Shown piece by piece: positions 28,277-37,662 of a DNA stretch of 46,614 nucleotides. The notes under the pieces were generated by a model. It saw nothing but the letters and a program-made list of their open reading frames with translations. It searched no databases and was not told the DNA's origin. Location: contig JAKABJ010000001.1 of the NCBI GenBank assembly GCA_021801905.1, positions 1-46,614 of the forward strand. The letters are read 5' to 3'. The DNA is from Candidatus Micrarchaeota archaeon (GTDB taxonomy: Archaea > Micrarchaeota > Micrarchaeia > Micrarchaeales > Micrarchaeaceae). Each line of letters opens with the position of its first letter. Positions within the stretch are counted from its first letter, which is position 1. The position numbers and the translations under genes were made by a program.

Positions 28277-31078
28277 CTACGCCTGTTTTTGCAGTTTTTT
28301 AACCACATAGTTAAGTATTCCGCCTGCGCGGTAATATTCCATTTCAATCTCTGTGTCTATGCGCAATTCCAGCTCCGTTTCTGCCTCTAAATCGCTGCCA
28401 ATTTTATAGTATACCATTTTTATTTTCTCTCGCGGTTTCATTCCTTCATTTATATTTATGCTTATCGTTTTTGAATAGTCCATCATCAGGCTCTCGGCAG
28501 TCTCTCTGTTTTTGAATTGAAGCGGCACTACGCCCATGCCTATTAGATTGCTTCTATGAATTCGCTCAAAACTTCTTGCTATTATTGCTTTTACTCCTAG
28601 CAATGCTGGCCCTTTTGCAGCCCAATCTCTTGAACTTCCAGAGCCGTACTCTTCTCCAGCGATTACAACTTGCGGCACGTTTTCTTTCTTGTACCTCATT
28701 GCGGCTTCGTATATGGTGGTCTTTTCTCCAGATGGATAATGGATTGTGTTGCCCCCTGCGCTTCCGTCAAGCATGTGATTGACTATTCTAGAATTTGCAA
28801 ATGTTCCGCGCATCATAACTTCGTGATTTCCCCTCCTGGAGCCGTATGTGTTAAAGTCTGCAGGCTTTATTCCGTGCTCAATTAAGTATTTCCCAGCAGG
28901 GCTTGCTGATGATATTGCCCCGGCAGGCGATATGTGGTCCGTAGATATCGAGTCTCCAAAGACTGCCAGCACCCTCGCATCCTTTATAGGATTTATCTTC
29001 GATGCTAGCCTATCCGCTTCAAAGAACGGAGGCAGCCTTATGTATGTGCTATTCTCATCCCACACGTAAGCCTTTTCGGATGGGCTTTCAAGTATGTTCC
29101 AATAACGGTTTACATCGTAGATATTGGTTCCGTATTCTTTTTCGAACATCTCTTCGCTTATTACTTTGCCCATTATTTGGTTTATCTCTTCGTTGGTCGG
29201 CCATATTTCCTTCAGATATACTGGCTCGCCTTTGTTATTTCTGCCCAGAGGCTCTTTTGTAAGGTCTATAAGTATAGTTCCGGCTATGGCAAATGCAATC
29301 AGCAGCGGAGGAGACATTAGATAATTCGCTTTTACATCTGTATGTATCCTTGCTTCGTAATTCCTGTTTCCTGATAAAACCGCAACGACATTAAGGTCAT
29401 TATTGTTTATGGCGCTGCTTTGCTTGTCTATGAGAGGCCCGCTGTTCCCTATGCAGGTTATGCAGCCATACCCTACCACGTCATACCCCAGCTTCTCTAA
29501 AGGCTCAATAAGGCCTGCTTTTTGCATATACCTAGTTACTACCCTTGAGCCAGGCCCCATGCTTGTTTTAACTTTCTTTGTATTTATCTTCAGCCCTTTC
29601 TCTAGCGCTTTTTTTGCCAGCAGGCCGGCTGCAATCATGACATGGGGGTTGCTTGTGTTTGTACAGCTCGTTATAGATGATATTACGATATCGCCATCAG
29701 ATAAAGTAACTTTCGTTCCATCTTCGTATTCTATATTAACAGACTTCTTCCTTTCGTGAGGGTTAACATTGCCAGCGTTATTCGCTGAATTTATGCTTTC
29801 TGAAGACCATCTTGCAAGCTCTTTTCCGCTGGGTTCAATCTCTTTGGGATCCCTTCCATCAAGGAAAATGGATGTAAATTCGTCCTTGACTTTATCAAGA
29901 GGCGTTTGCTGCTTTGGCTGCGAAGGTCCGGAAACACTGGGCATAATTGTAGAGAGATCCACCTCCAGTATATCGCTATAATCTATATTTTTATAATCCA
30001 GATTCAGCATTCCTTGAGCATCATAATATTCTTTTATGAGTTTTATCCTGCTTTTTGGCCTCCCTGTCATCTCCAAATACCTTAACGTCTCATCATCCAC
30101 AGGGAAGATTGCAACAGTGGCGCCATATTCTGGGCACATGTTTGAGAGTGTTGCTCTATCAGGAAGAGAGAGGTATTTTAGCCCGTCTCCAAAAAATTCT
30201 ACAAACATATTCACTACTCCTTTCTCCCTGAGCAGTTTTGTAAGGGTTAATGCAAAATCGGTTGCTGTAGATCCTTCTGGAAGCTTGTTTGTAAGGCGTA
30301 CTCCGAGCACTTTTGGCATTGTTATTGAAACTGGCTGGCCTACCAATGCAGCTTCGGCTTCTATGCCACCTACACCAAATCCCACTATTCCTAGAGAATC
30401 GACCATTGTAGTATGGGAATCTGTGCCAACTAGCGTATCTGGAAACGCTTCTTCTCCAATCTGTGTAGTTCTTGTTGCCACACACGTTGCAAGGAATTCT
30501 AAATTTACTTGATGGCATATGCCAGCAGATGGGGGGAAAACTCTAAAATTGTTAAAGGCTTTGCTTGCCCATTTTAGGAGTTTGTATCTTTCAGAATTTC
30601 TTTCTATCTCTTTCTCTTGGTTTATTTCTAGAGCCTGGATTACATTGAAGGAATCAACTTGCACAGAATGGTCTATAATAAGATCTGTAGGTATTATTGG
30701 CTGGACATCGTCTGGTTTTCCCCCTTTCTTTATTATAAAATCCCTTATTGCTGCCATATCTACAACAGCAGGAACGCCGGTAAAGTCCTGCATCAAGACT
30801 CTTGAAACTTTGAATGGTATGTCTTGATCTTTTGGTTTTTTGGAATCCCATTCTAGAAGATTTGTTATGTCCTGTTTTTTTATGCTTTGCCCATCCATGT
30901 TCCTTACAAGAGACTCAAGAACTATTCTCAAAGAAAAAGGCAGCCTTGACGGGTCTCCCATCCCTATTTTTTTTAATTCTGGAAGAGAATAGTAAGATAT
31001 CTCTTTTTCATCAATAATTAATTTCTTGATGAGCTTCTGCTTTATCTCTTCTTCAAAACCGATGTTTTTGCCTTCCAT
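28277..31078 (-). CDS. acnA: Aconitate hydratase (AcnA/IRP type)
   Basis: 933 aa. It has GTDSHTTM, the cluster-ligand Cys contexts SCTNTSNP and GCITCIGNSGP, and the swivel-domain motif GSGSSRDWAAKG. Confidence 0.95.
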   Translation of the reverse strand: MEGKNIGFEEEIKQKLIKKLIIDEKEISYYSLPELKKIGMGDPSRLPFSLRIVLESLVRNMDGQSIKKQDITNLLEWDSKKPKDQDIPFKVSRVLMQDFTGVPAVVDMAAIRDFIIKKGGKPDDVQPIIPTDLIIDHSVQVDSFNVIQALEINQEKEIERNSERYKLLKWASKAFNNFRVFPPSAGICHQVNLEFLATCVATRTTQIGEEAFPDTLVGTDSHTTMVDSLGIVGFGVGGIEAEAALVGQPVSITMPKVLGVRLTNKLPEGSTATDFALTLTKLLREKGVVNMFVEFFGDGLKYLSLPDRATLSNMCPEYGATVAIFPVDDETLRYLEMTGRPKSRIKLIKEYYDAQGMLNLDYKNIDYSDILEVDLSTIMPSVSGPSQPKQQTPLDKVKDEFTSIFLDGRDPKEIEPSGKELARWSSESINSANNAGNVNPHERKKSVNIEYEDGTKVTLSDGDIVISSITSCTNTSNPHVMIAAGLLAKKALEKGLKINTKKVKTSMGPGSRVVTRYMQKAGLIEPLEKLGYDVVGYGCITCIGNSGPLIDKQSSAINNNDLNVVAVLSGNRNYEARIHTDVKANYLMSPPLLIAFAIAGTILIDLTKEPLGRNNKGEPVYLKEIWPTNEEINQIMGKVISEEMFEKEYGTNIYDVNRYWNILESPSEKAYVWDENSTYIRLPPFFEADRLASKINPIKDARVLAVFGDSISTDHISPAGAISSASPAGKYLIEHGIKPADFNTYGSRRGNHEVMMRGTFANSRIVNHMLDGSAGGNTIHYPSGEKTTIYEAAMRYKKENVPQVVIAGEEYGSGSSRDWAAKGPALLGVKAIIARSFERIHRSNLIGMGVVPLQFKNRETAESLMMDYSKTISININEGMKPREKIKMVYYKIGSDLEAETELELRIDTEIEMEYYRAGGILNYVVKKLQKQA

Positions 31079-31096
31079 GTCATCCTTGGGTCTTAT

Positions 31097-32041
31097 TTAT
31101 AACTCTTTTAGCCTATTAATCAGCGCGTGCACCTTTGCTGATGATTCTTTCAGCTGATCAGATTCATGCTTTGTTAACTCCAATTCTATCACTTTTTCTA
31201 TCCCTTTTTCTCCCAGCACCACAGGAACCCCCATGAATATGCCTTTTATCCCATATTCGCCATTAAGATATGAGGCGCAGGGCAGCACCATCTTTTTGTC
31301 TTTTAATATTGACTCTGCCATCAGCACAAGCGATGAAGCAGGAGCGTAATAAGCACTGGACTTTTTTTCTAGGTTTATTATTTCCGCACCGCCATCCCTG
31401 GTCCTTTGAACTATTTTGTTTATTTCATCGGAGCTAAGCAAGCTTGTTATTGGTATGCCATTCACACTTGAATGTTTGGGTAAAGGCACCATAAAATCCC
31501 CATGCCCTCCCAAAACCATCCCGTTAACGCTTTCTACGCTCACTTTTAATGCATCCGATATGAAAGACCTAAACCTTGCGGAGTCGAGTATTCCTGCCAT
31601 TCCCATAACTCTTTCTCTTGGAAAGCCGGTAACCTGCTTTGCCAAGTATACCATGGCGTCAAGAGGATTGGTCAAAACTATAAGTTTGCTATCAGGAGAG
31701 TACCTCTTTATCTGCATTGAGAGGTCTTTGACTATGGCAGCATTCGTTTTAAGCAGGTCATCCCTTGATTGCCCTTCCTTTCTGGGAGCGCCGGCGGTCA
31801 TGATTATTATTTCGCTGTTTTTAATTTCTTTAATGTCCGAAGTGCCCTCTATCTCAGAGTCAAAACCTTCTAATGGAGAGCTTTCTTTTATGTCAAGGGC
31901 CATACCTTTTGCCATGCCTTCAGTCCTGTCCCACAATAGTATGTCGCACATCTCGGCATACGCAAGCCTCTGGGCGGTTGTTGCTCCAACCTTGCCTGCT
32001 CCCAATATTGATATTTTCTTTCTCATAACGTCATCTCTCAC
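31097..32041 (-). CDS. mdh: Malate dehydrogenase (LDH-like, MDH type 3)
   Basis: 314 aa. It has the Rossmann motif KISILGAGKVG, the substrate loop AGAPRKEGQSRDDL, and the catalytic GGHGD. The start may be the Met at 32026. Confidence 0.88.
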   Translation of the reverse strand: MRDDVMRKKISILGAGKVGATTAQRLAYAEMCDILLWDRTEGMAKGMALDIKESSPLEGFDSEIEGTSDIKEIKNSEIIIMTAGAPRKEGQSRDDLLKTNAAIVKDLSMQIKRYSPDSKLIVLTNPLDAMVYLAKQVTGFPRERVMGMAGILDSARFRSFISDALKVSVESVNGMVLGGHGDFMVPLPKHSSVNGIPITSLLSSDEINKIVQRTRDGGAEIINLEKKSSAYYAPASSLVLMAESILKDKKMVLPCASYLNGEYGIKGIFMGVPVVLGEKGIEKVIELELTKHESDQLKESSAKVHALINRLKEL

Positions 32042-33179
32042 TTATTGGCAGGTATTTTTTGTCTATTTCCCCTTTATATAGCTCGAGAGGGCGTATCAGT
32101 TTGTTGTCTTCCCAGTATTCAATCATATGCGCACACCATCCCGCCATTCTGCTTGCAGCAAAAAGCGGCGTGAATAGATCTACTTTTATCCCTACACTCA
32201 CGTATACCGGACCTGCGAAAAAATCAACATTTGGCCAAATTCCATGGGTCTTGCCAAGTTTGTCAATCATTAATTTCTCCCCTCTTAATGCAATTTCTGT
32301 TAGTTTTTTTATTTCGGGGGAGGGATTTTGCTGAAGAGTTAGCAGGTATCCTTTGATTATTTTGGCTCTGGGGTCATAGGTTTTATAGACCCTGTGGCCG
32401 AAGCCCATTATCTTCTTTTTTCCTGCAAGGGCATCGTTTATGTAAGACTCGGTATTGCTTGGATCACCTATGGCTTCCATCATTTTGAGCGCTTCCTCAT
32501 CTGCACCACCATGTAACGGACCCTTTAATGCTGATATGCCGGCAGTGGCTGCTGAATATAAGTCTGCAAGGGTAGACCCTGCGACCATAGTTGCGAATGT
32601 TGATGCGTTTGTGCTATGCTCTGCCTGAAGAATAAACATCATCTCAATTGGTTTTACTTCATCTGGAGTAGGTTTTTCCCCTTTCAGCATGTATATGAAG
32701 TTTTCAGAGTGGCTAAGGGACAAATCTGGTTTTGTGTAGCCTTTGCCATTCATGGCTGCACCTATAGTTGCGACTATGCTTGAGGTTTTTGAGATTAGTT
32801 TTATTGCTTTTTTGATATTGGCTTCTTTTGTTTGGGTCTTTGTATCGCTATCATATATGGAAAGGTATGAGACAGCCGTACGCAGTATATCCATAGGATC
32901 AGATTTGCTTGCGGACTCTATTATGAGATTTATTATTTTATCAGGCAATTCCCTTTCCGCTTTTAACTTTGCTGAGAAATCTTCAAGTTCAGATTTTGTG
33001 GGCAGTTTCCCGTTCAGCAGAAGGTATGATGCCTCTTCGTAACTCGAGTTTTTAGCTATATCCTCAATCGGATAACCCCTGTAATAAAGCCTGCCTTGTG
33101 CTCCATCTACCTTACAGATTGTGCTTTCGCTTACATATACTCCGTCCAACCCTTTATGTATCTCCGGTTGTTCATCCAT
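32031..33179 (-). CDS. gltA: Citrate synthase
   Basis: 382 aa. It has LHGGA, GFGHRVYKTYDPRA and the catalytic His/Asp contexts of type I citrate synthases. Confidence 0.93.
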   Translation of the reverse strand: MDEQPEIHKGLDGVYVSESTICKVDGAQGRLYYRGYPIEDIAKNSSYEEASYLLLNGKLPTKSELEDFSAKLKAERELPDKIINLIIESASKSDPMDILRTAVSYLSIYDSDTKTQTKEANIKKAIKLISKTSSIVATIGAAMNGKGYTKPDLSLSHSENFIYMLKGEKPTPDEVKPIEMMFILQAEHSTNASTFATMVAGSTLADLYSAATAGISALKGPLHGGADEEALKMMEAIGDPSNTESYINDALAGKKKIMGFGHRVYKTYDPRAKIIKGYLLTLQQNPSPEIKKLTEIALRGEKLMIDKLGKTHGIWPNVDFFAGPVYVSVGIKVDLFTPLFAASRMAGWCAHMIEYWEDNKLIRPLELYKGEIDKKYLPISER

Positions 33180-33309
33180 ATAATCGTTTTAAACACTCAC
33201 TTAAATAATATATTGATGATGTACTTTCATGATTACTTAAGTTCAATGCGGCGGAATTATTAAGCCAGACGCAAGAGTACAGAATATAAATGTGCATTAA
33301 TAATATTTT

Positions 33310-34323
33310 TTGATGATTTGTATGGGAGAGATGCCTGCCGAACTTAAGCAAAGAATGCAAAAGCAAGGATATCATTTTGTAGGAAAGCATTCTGCAGTAA
33401 AAATATGTGAGTATACCGCAAATGGCATAAGAGGCAAGACTTTATGCTATAAATACACATTTTATGGCATAAGAAGCTGGCAGTGCATACAAGGCACGCC
33501 TGCGATAGGATGTGATCTTGGCTGTTCTTTCTGCTGGAGGCTCATACCTGAAGAACATGGGTTCAAATGGAATGAGTTGAATGCGGTAAGTAAGTGGGAT
33601 GACCCTGCTTTCATTGTTGAAAACATGATAAACGAGCAGCGTAAGATTGTAAGCGGATATAAAGGAGGACTTGATAATGAATTGCTGCTTAAGAGGTGGG
33701 AGGAAGCAAATAGCCCAAAGCATGTTGCATTAAGCCTTACTGGAGAGCCGATGTTTTATCCGAAAATGGGCATGTTGTTGTCCGAATTCCACAAAAGAGG
33801 GATTAGCACTTTCCTGGTACATAACGGCACATTGCCGGAAGCGCTAGAAAAGCTTAATCCGCTGCCTACGCAGCTTTATGTGTCTTTGCAGGCTCCAAAT
33901 GCAGAAATTTATGAAAAAACAGTACGCGCAAAGATACCTAATTCGTGGGAGAGGTTCAAAAATGCGCTTGCGGTAATGAGAACCTTAAAAACCCGCACAG
34001 TGTTGAGAATGACTTTGGTAAAGGGATTAAACATGTGCGACCCTGAAGGATATGCGAATTTGATAAAGATTGCAATGCCGAATTATGTAGAAGTTAAAGG
34101 TTTCTCTTTTATTGGAGGGGCGAGAAATGCATCCAGGGGGCTTAGCCTAGCAAGCATGCCAAATCATAAGGAAATAAAAGATTTTGCTTCTACGCTCTCG
34201 CAGTTTACAGGATACATTGTCACCGCCGAGCATTCACCGAGCAAAGTTGTGCTGCTTTCTAGAGACGAAGACTCTAAAAAGAATAGGATTATAGATTTCA
34301 GCTCTATAGGAAAGGCTCTGTGA
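33310..34323 (+). CDS. taw1: tRNA 4-demethylwyosine synthase Taw1 (TYW1 homolog), radical SAM
   Basis: It has the KQGYHFVGKHSAVKIC N-terminal cluster region and the radical-SAM Cys motif GCDLGCSFCWR, and its length is TYW1-like. The start could be the Met at 33322. Confidence 0.85.
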   Translation: MMICMGEMPAELKQRMQKQGYHFVGKHSAVKICEYTANGIRGKTLCYKYTFYGIRSWQCIQGTPAIGCDLGCSFCWRLIPEEHGFKWNELNAVSKWDDPAFIVENMINEQRKIVSGYKGGLDNELLLKRWEEANSPKHVALSLTGEPMFYPKMGMLLSEFHKRGISTFLVHNGTLPEALEKLNPLPTQLYVSLQAPNAEIYEKTVRAKIPNSWERFKNALAVMRTLKTRTVLRMTLVKGLNMCDPEGYANLIKIAMPNYVEVKGFSFIGGARNASRGLSLASMPNHKEIKDFASTLSQFTGYIVTAEHSPSKVVLLSRDEDSKKNRIIDFSSIGKAL

Positions 34324-34373
34324 CGCTTACATCAGAACCCTATTGCTCACTTCCGCTAATACGTTTTATCTAA

Positions 34374-34423
34374 GTATTTAAATATATATTTATATAAAAT
34401 ATATTTACTAAAGTAAATGGTGA
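34374..34423 (+). promoter_or_regulatory. Putative promoter (A/T-rich TATA-like run) and Shine-Dalgarno GGTGA for the seven-gene transfer-like operon
   Basis: GTATTTAAATATATATTTATATAAAATATATTTA lies at 34374-34407. GGTGA at 34419-34423 is 4 nt before the GTG start at 34428. Confidence 0.35.
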
Positions 34424-34427
34424 TTCC

Positions 34428-34790
34428 GTGGATGATTTTCTAAAAGGCAAATGTATATTGATACCTGCGCTGCTATTCATATCCCTTGTAAGTTTTGTTA
34501 ATGGCGCGAGTTTGGGTTACAGTTTGCAGATAGTGACTGAATTAGCAAATATAAAAAATATTTTAGGGCAAATAGGCCCGATTTTAAGTGCCGTGATGTT
34601 CATAATTGCGGGAGTCTTCTATGCATTAGGCCAAATGATGCCACCTGATAAGAAAGCTAATTTCCACAGCACTGCAGTAAACATCATAATTGGCGCGATT
34701 GTTGTGGGTGTCCTGAGCGTTGCTGCCACCTCTTTTGCAACAGCTTCTACGCATTTGCTTAGCAACATGACTTTGAATTCCTCACAGTAG
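34428..34790 (+). CDS. Secreted/membrane small protein: signal peptide plus two hydrophobic helices (VirB2/TrbC/CedA1-like pilin candidate)
   Basis: GTG start preceded by GGTGA. It has an N-terminal signal-like segment (KGKCILIPALLFISLVSFVNGA|S). This is followed by helix IGPILSAVMFIIAGVFYALGQM, a short basic loop PPDKKANFH, and helix AVNIIIGAIVVGVLSVAATSFA. Confidence 0.6.
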   Translation: MDDFLKGKCILIPALLFISLVSFVNGASLGYSLQIVTELANIKNILGQIGPILSAVMFIIAGVFYALGQMMPPDKKANFHSTAVNIIIGAIVVGVLSVAATSFATASTHLLSNMTLNSSQ

Positions 34791-34797
34791 TGATAGA

Positions 34798-35829
34798 TTG
34801 ATAGGCTACGAGATTGCAGTTAGCACAGTAGCAATTATGATAAGTATTGGGGGAATTGTGCTTGGGATAGGGTACGGGATTGATGATCGGCGCTTGAAGT
34901 CCTTTGGCAAGGATGAGCTTCTTCAATCATTTATAAATGCAATCATAATTGGGGCATTGTTTACTTTTTTCAGCCCTAATGGATTAGGCATATCTTTGGT
35001 AAATAGCGTCGTGCAATCTTCAAACATAGAGGCATCCTGCTCTGGGTTTATGAGTGACAACTATGCAATTTGCTTTGCTGATAATTACCTTGTGGGAGTG
35101 CAGCCAGTAGGGATTGGAGGCGCAAGATATCCTTCATTGCTTGATGCATCTTTTACATTGCTGGCCCCATTGACTGGCAGTTATTTGCTTTTAGGGGTAA
35201 TATCCGCAACAGAATTGAACCTTGGTTTTGCGTCTTTCTCCTTTTCAAGCATATTGTCACCAGTTATGTCAGAAGAGAGTTTTATAATAAAGCTGATAAC
35301 GTTCGGAATAATTGACCTCTATACTCAGTCTGCGCTGCTTAGCGTGGTCTCTCTTGTTGCCATCCCCTTACTTCTGCCCGTAGGAATAGTTTTGCGCACA
35401 TTTTATCTGACTAGAAAAATAGGCGGCACGATAATAGCAATCGCAATAGGCCTTTTTGCAGTATACCCTCTTACTTATTTGCTAGATGCGCAGATAACTG
35501 CCAATTATTCTACAAGTTTGGGGGCAAATGCATTCACGGCATTTAACTTAAACTCCCAATCAATACAGGAACAAATCTTATCTGCTGGAAGCAGCAGTAT
35601 TTCAACAAATTCGATAACTAATTTTGGAAGCGGACTTCTCTCAAGTTTGACAAATGTTGCTAGTTCTTTCACAGATGTGCTGCGGCAAGTTATGGCAGCA
35701 GTATCTGTGTTGATAATAGAGGTATTCTTCTTCCCTTTGTTCAGCTTGATTATAACCATAGTTTCAATTAGGGAATTGGCTACTGCTCTGGGATCCGAGG
35801 TATCTTTTGGGAAATTTGACATATTCTAG
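34798..35829 (+). CDS. Polytopic integral membrane protein, at least 6 TM (VirB6/TrbL/CedA-like candidate)
   Basis: TTG start 3 nt after GTGAT and 7 nt after the previous stop. 343 aa with hydrophobic helices throughout, a Cys-containing extracytoplasmic loop (EASCSGFMSDNYAICF) and an S/T/N-rich loop (STSLGANAFTAFNLNSQ...SSSISTNS). Confidence 0.6.
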   Translation: MIGYEIAVSTVAIMISIGGIVLGIGYGIDDRRLKSFGKDELLQSFINAIIIGALFTFFSPNGLGISLVNSVVQSSNIEASCSGFMSDNYAICFADNYLVGVQPVGIGGARYPSLLDASFTLLAPLTGSYLLLGVISATELNLGFASFSFSSILSPVMSEESFIIKLITFGIIDLYTQSALLSVVSLVAIPLLLPVGIVLRTFYLTRKIGGTIIAIAIGLFAVYPLTYLLDAQITANYSTSLGANAFTAFNLNSQSIQEQILSAGSSSISTNSITNFGSGLLSSLTNVASSFTDVLRQVMAAVSVLIIEVFFFPLFSLIITIVSIRELATALGSEVSFGKFDIF

Positions 35830-35836
35830 GGGTTTT

Positions 35837-36568
35837 ATGGAGAATTTTATTGTGTATATAATTGCCGGCGCATGCTGCATCGCTGCGATAGCTAGCATTA
35901 TTACATTTAACCCTTACCTTATAGCAATTACTCCTTTGCTAGGGATTCTGTTTTTGATATTATTCAAAGGTTGGAACATTATAGAGGCATTGCTATTCAA
36001 ACACACACATATAATTCAGATGTTTGATGGCTTTGAACTAAGCGGGAGTAGGCTAACGGCTGTCGCAAGAGAAGGAGGGATTTACACATCAGTCTCTGCT
36101 GCGGAGCTTGTGCCTACCTCAAATTCCGAAATCGACAGGGATAAATTGGAGAGATTAATCAGGAATTTTGGCTTCCCTTTCCGATTAAGCACTTATGTGA
36201 AGAGATTCAAAACCGACAAGATAATAGAGAAGCTGCAGGTAAGGAGAAAAATGAAGGAGATTGAATTATCCAGGATACATAACCAAAAATCCGGTACAGG
36301 AATGCTTAAAGCTGCAAGGCTAAAGGAGGAAATATCTTGCCTAAACCATGAGCTCTCCCAGATACAGGGTGGCGGAGTTCCGCTTGAAATGAGATATTAT
36401 GTTGTAACCGCTTCGAGCGCGAACTTGAAATATAAGGCGGATGAGGAGGCGCTATCTAACTTAAAAGAAGTGCTCTCTGGTTTGAATGCAATTTTAGGCA
36501 CAGAATCGGCAATACTAAGCGGCCCTGAATTAATAAAAATGATAAAATTTGATTACGTGATGCAATGA
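35837..36568 (+). CDS. Membrane-anchored protein: two N-terminal TM helices plus cytosolic domain with coiled coil (VirB3 + VirB4 N-terminal domain-like candidate)
   Basis: I start it at the ATG at 35837 (MENFIVYIIAG...), 4 nt after AGGGG and 7 nt after the previous stop; the ORF-track start at 35807 overlaps the previous gene. Its end overlaps the ATPase gene start (ATGA). Confidence 0.6.
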   Translation: MENFIVYIIAGACCIAAIASIITFNPYLIAITPLLGILFLILFKGWNIIEALLFKHTHIIQMFDGFELSGSRLTAVAREGGIYTSVSAAELVPTSNSEIDRDKLERLIRNFGFPFRLSTYVKRFKTDKIIEKLQVRRKMKEIELSRIHNQKSGTGMLKAARLKEEISCLNHELSQIQGGGVPLEMRYYVVTASSANLKYKADEEALSNLKEVLSGLNAILGTESAILSGPELIKMIKFDYVMQ

Positions 36569-37656
36569 TATCAAATTCTATAAACGCGGCAAGGCTATTG
36601 GATGTGTTTATGGGGAGCGAACCTGCTCCAAAAAATAATGATATTGTTGAAGGGATATATGTGGGAAAAACTTTGGCATATAACCTGCCGTTTTTCCTTA
36701 ATAGCAGCAGATTGATAAACCCCCACATATCTATTGTCGGAATGACAGGATCTGGAAAGAGTTACCTGCTAAAGAGCATGATAATGCGCTTGTACATCAG
36801 CAATAATGTGAATATTCTAATAATTGACTGGTCGTCCGAATATTCTCAGCTAGTAAAGGATCTTGGCGGAATTGTAAGAAGCGCCAGAGGCAATGCAGAT
36901 ATTCCTGTAGAGCACCTGCCTGAAGGTATTTTGTCCATAGATTTATCAGAGATAAGAGATCCTTCAATTGCAGGCTGCACAGCTAGAAATGCACTTTTAG
37001 AAGTATCTAAATCCATGTCTCGTTCTAAGTTAAATGAAAAAGTGCGTTGGGTTATTGTTATAGATGAGGCTTGGAAATTGGCGGATTATGAAAAAGTGTT
37101 AGGAAGGCTTTTTAGAGAAGGGAGAAAGTTTGGGTTTTCTATCATAGTGGCAACGCAATTGATAAAGGATGTAAATAATGAGATTTTGGCTAATGCGGCT
37201 TGCTGTTTTGTTTTTCGTTTGATGGGATCGGAAAATTTTGATGCGCTTTCATCTTCAGGTTTGCTAAAGCACAATGATATAGAGACTGTAAAATCTTTGA
37301 ACCGAGGGACATGCATGGTGTCTTTGCACACTAGAAAAGATATTGAGAAAAATTTTGCCGTTAGAATAGATGGTTTTTCCTTTAAGTCGTATCTACTATC
37401 ATACTCGGGTGTAAAAATGAAGGTGTCATTGGAAAGCATATCTAATGCGATATCTAAAATGGAGATCTGCACCGAAGACCGGTTAAAGCTCTTTAGGTTC
37501 TTTGATGATGCAGGGCAGTCTTTGGACCTAATCCAGGTAATCGGCGCGATGATGGAAATTGGAATAAAAAGAGTTGAAATGATATCATTTTTCTCCGAGC
37601 TTGGAGTAGATGAAACTTCTGTTGCAATATCAATAGAATCAATAAAAAAGGTGTGA
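36565..37656 (+). CDS. P-loop ATPase of the VirB4/TraC/CedB/HerA-FtsK class
   Basis: It has Walker A (SIVGMTGSGKSYLLKS), Walker B (WVIVIDEAWKL) and a downstream REGRKFGFSIIVATQ motif typical of VirB4/HerA/FtsK-like ATPases. A C-terminal extension of about 90 aa has unknown function. GTGAT lies 4 nt upstream of the ATG. Confidence 0.8.
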   Translation: MISNSINAARLLDVFMGSEPAPKNNDIVEGIYVGKTLAYNLPFFLNSSRLINPHISIVGMTGSGKSYLLKSMIMRLYISNNVNILIIDWSSEYSQLVKDLGGIVRSARGNADIPVEHLPEGILSIDLSEIRDPSIAGCTARNALLEVSKSMSRSKLNEKVRWVIVIDEAWKLADYEKVLGRLFREGRKFGFSIIVATQLIKDVNNEILANAACCFVFRLMGSENFDALSSSGLLKHNDIETVKSLNRGTCMVSLHTRKDIEKNFAVRIDGFSFKSYLLSYSGVKMKVSLESISNAISKMEICTEDRLKLFRFFDDAGQSLDLIQVIGAMMEIGIKRVEMISFFSELGVDETSVAISIESIKKV

Positions 37657-37662
37657 ATTTTA

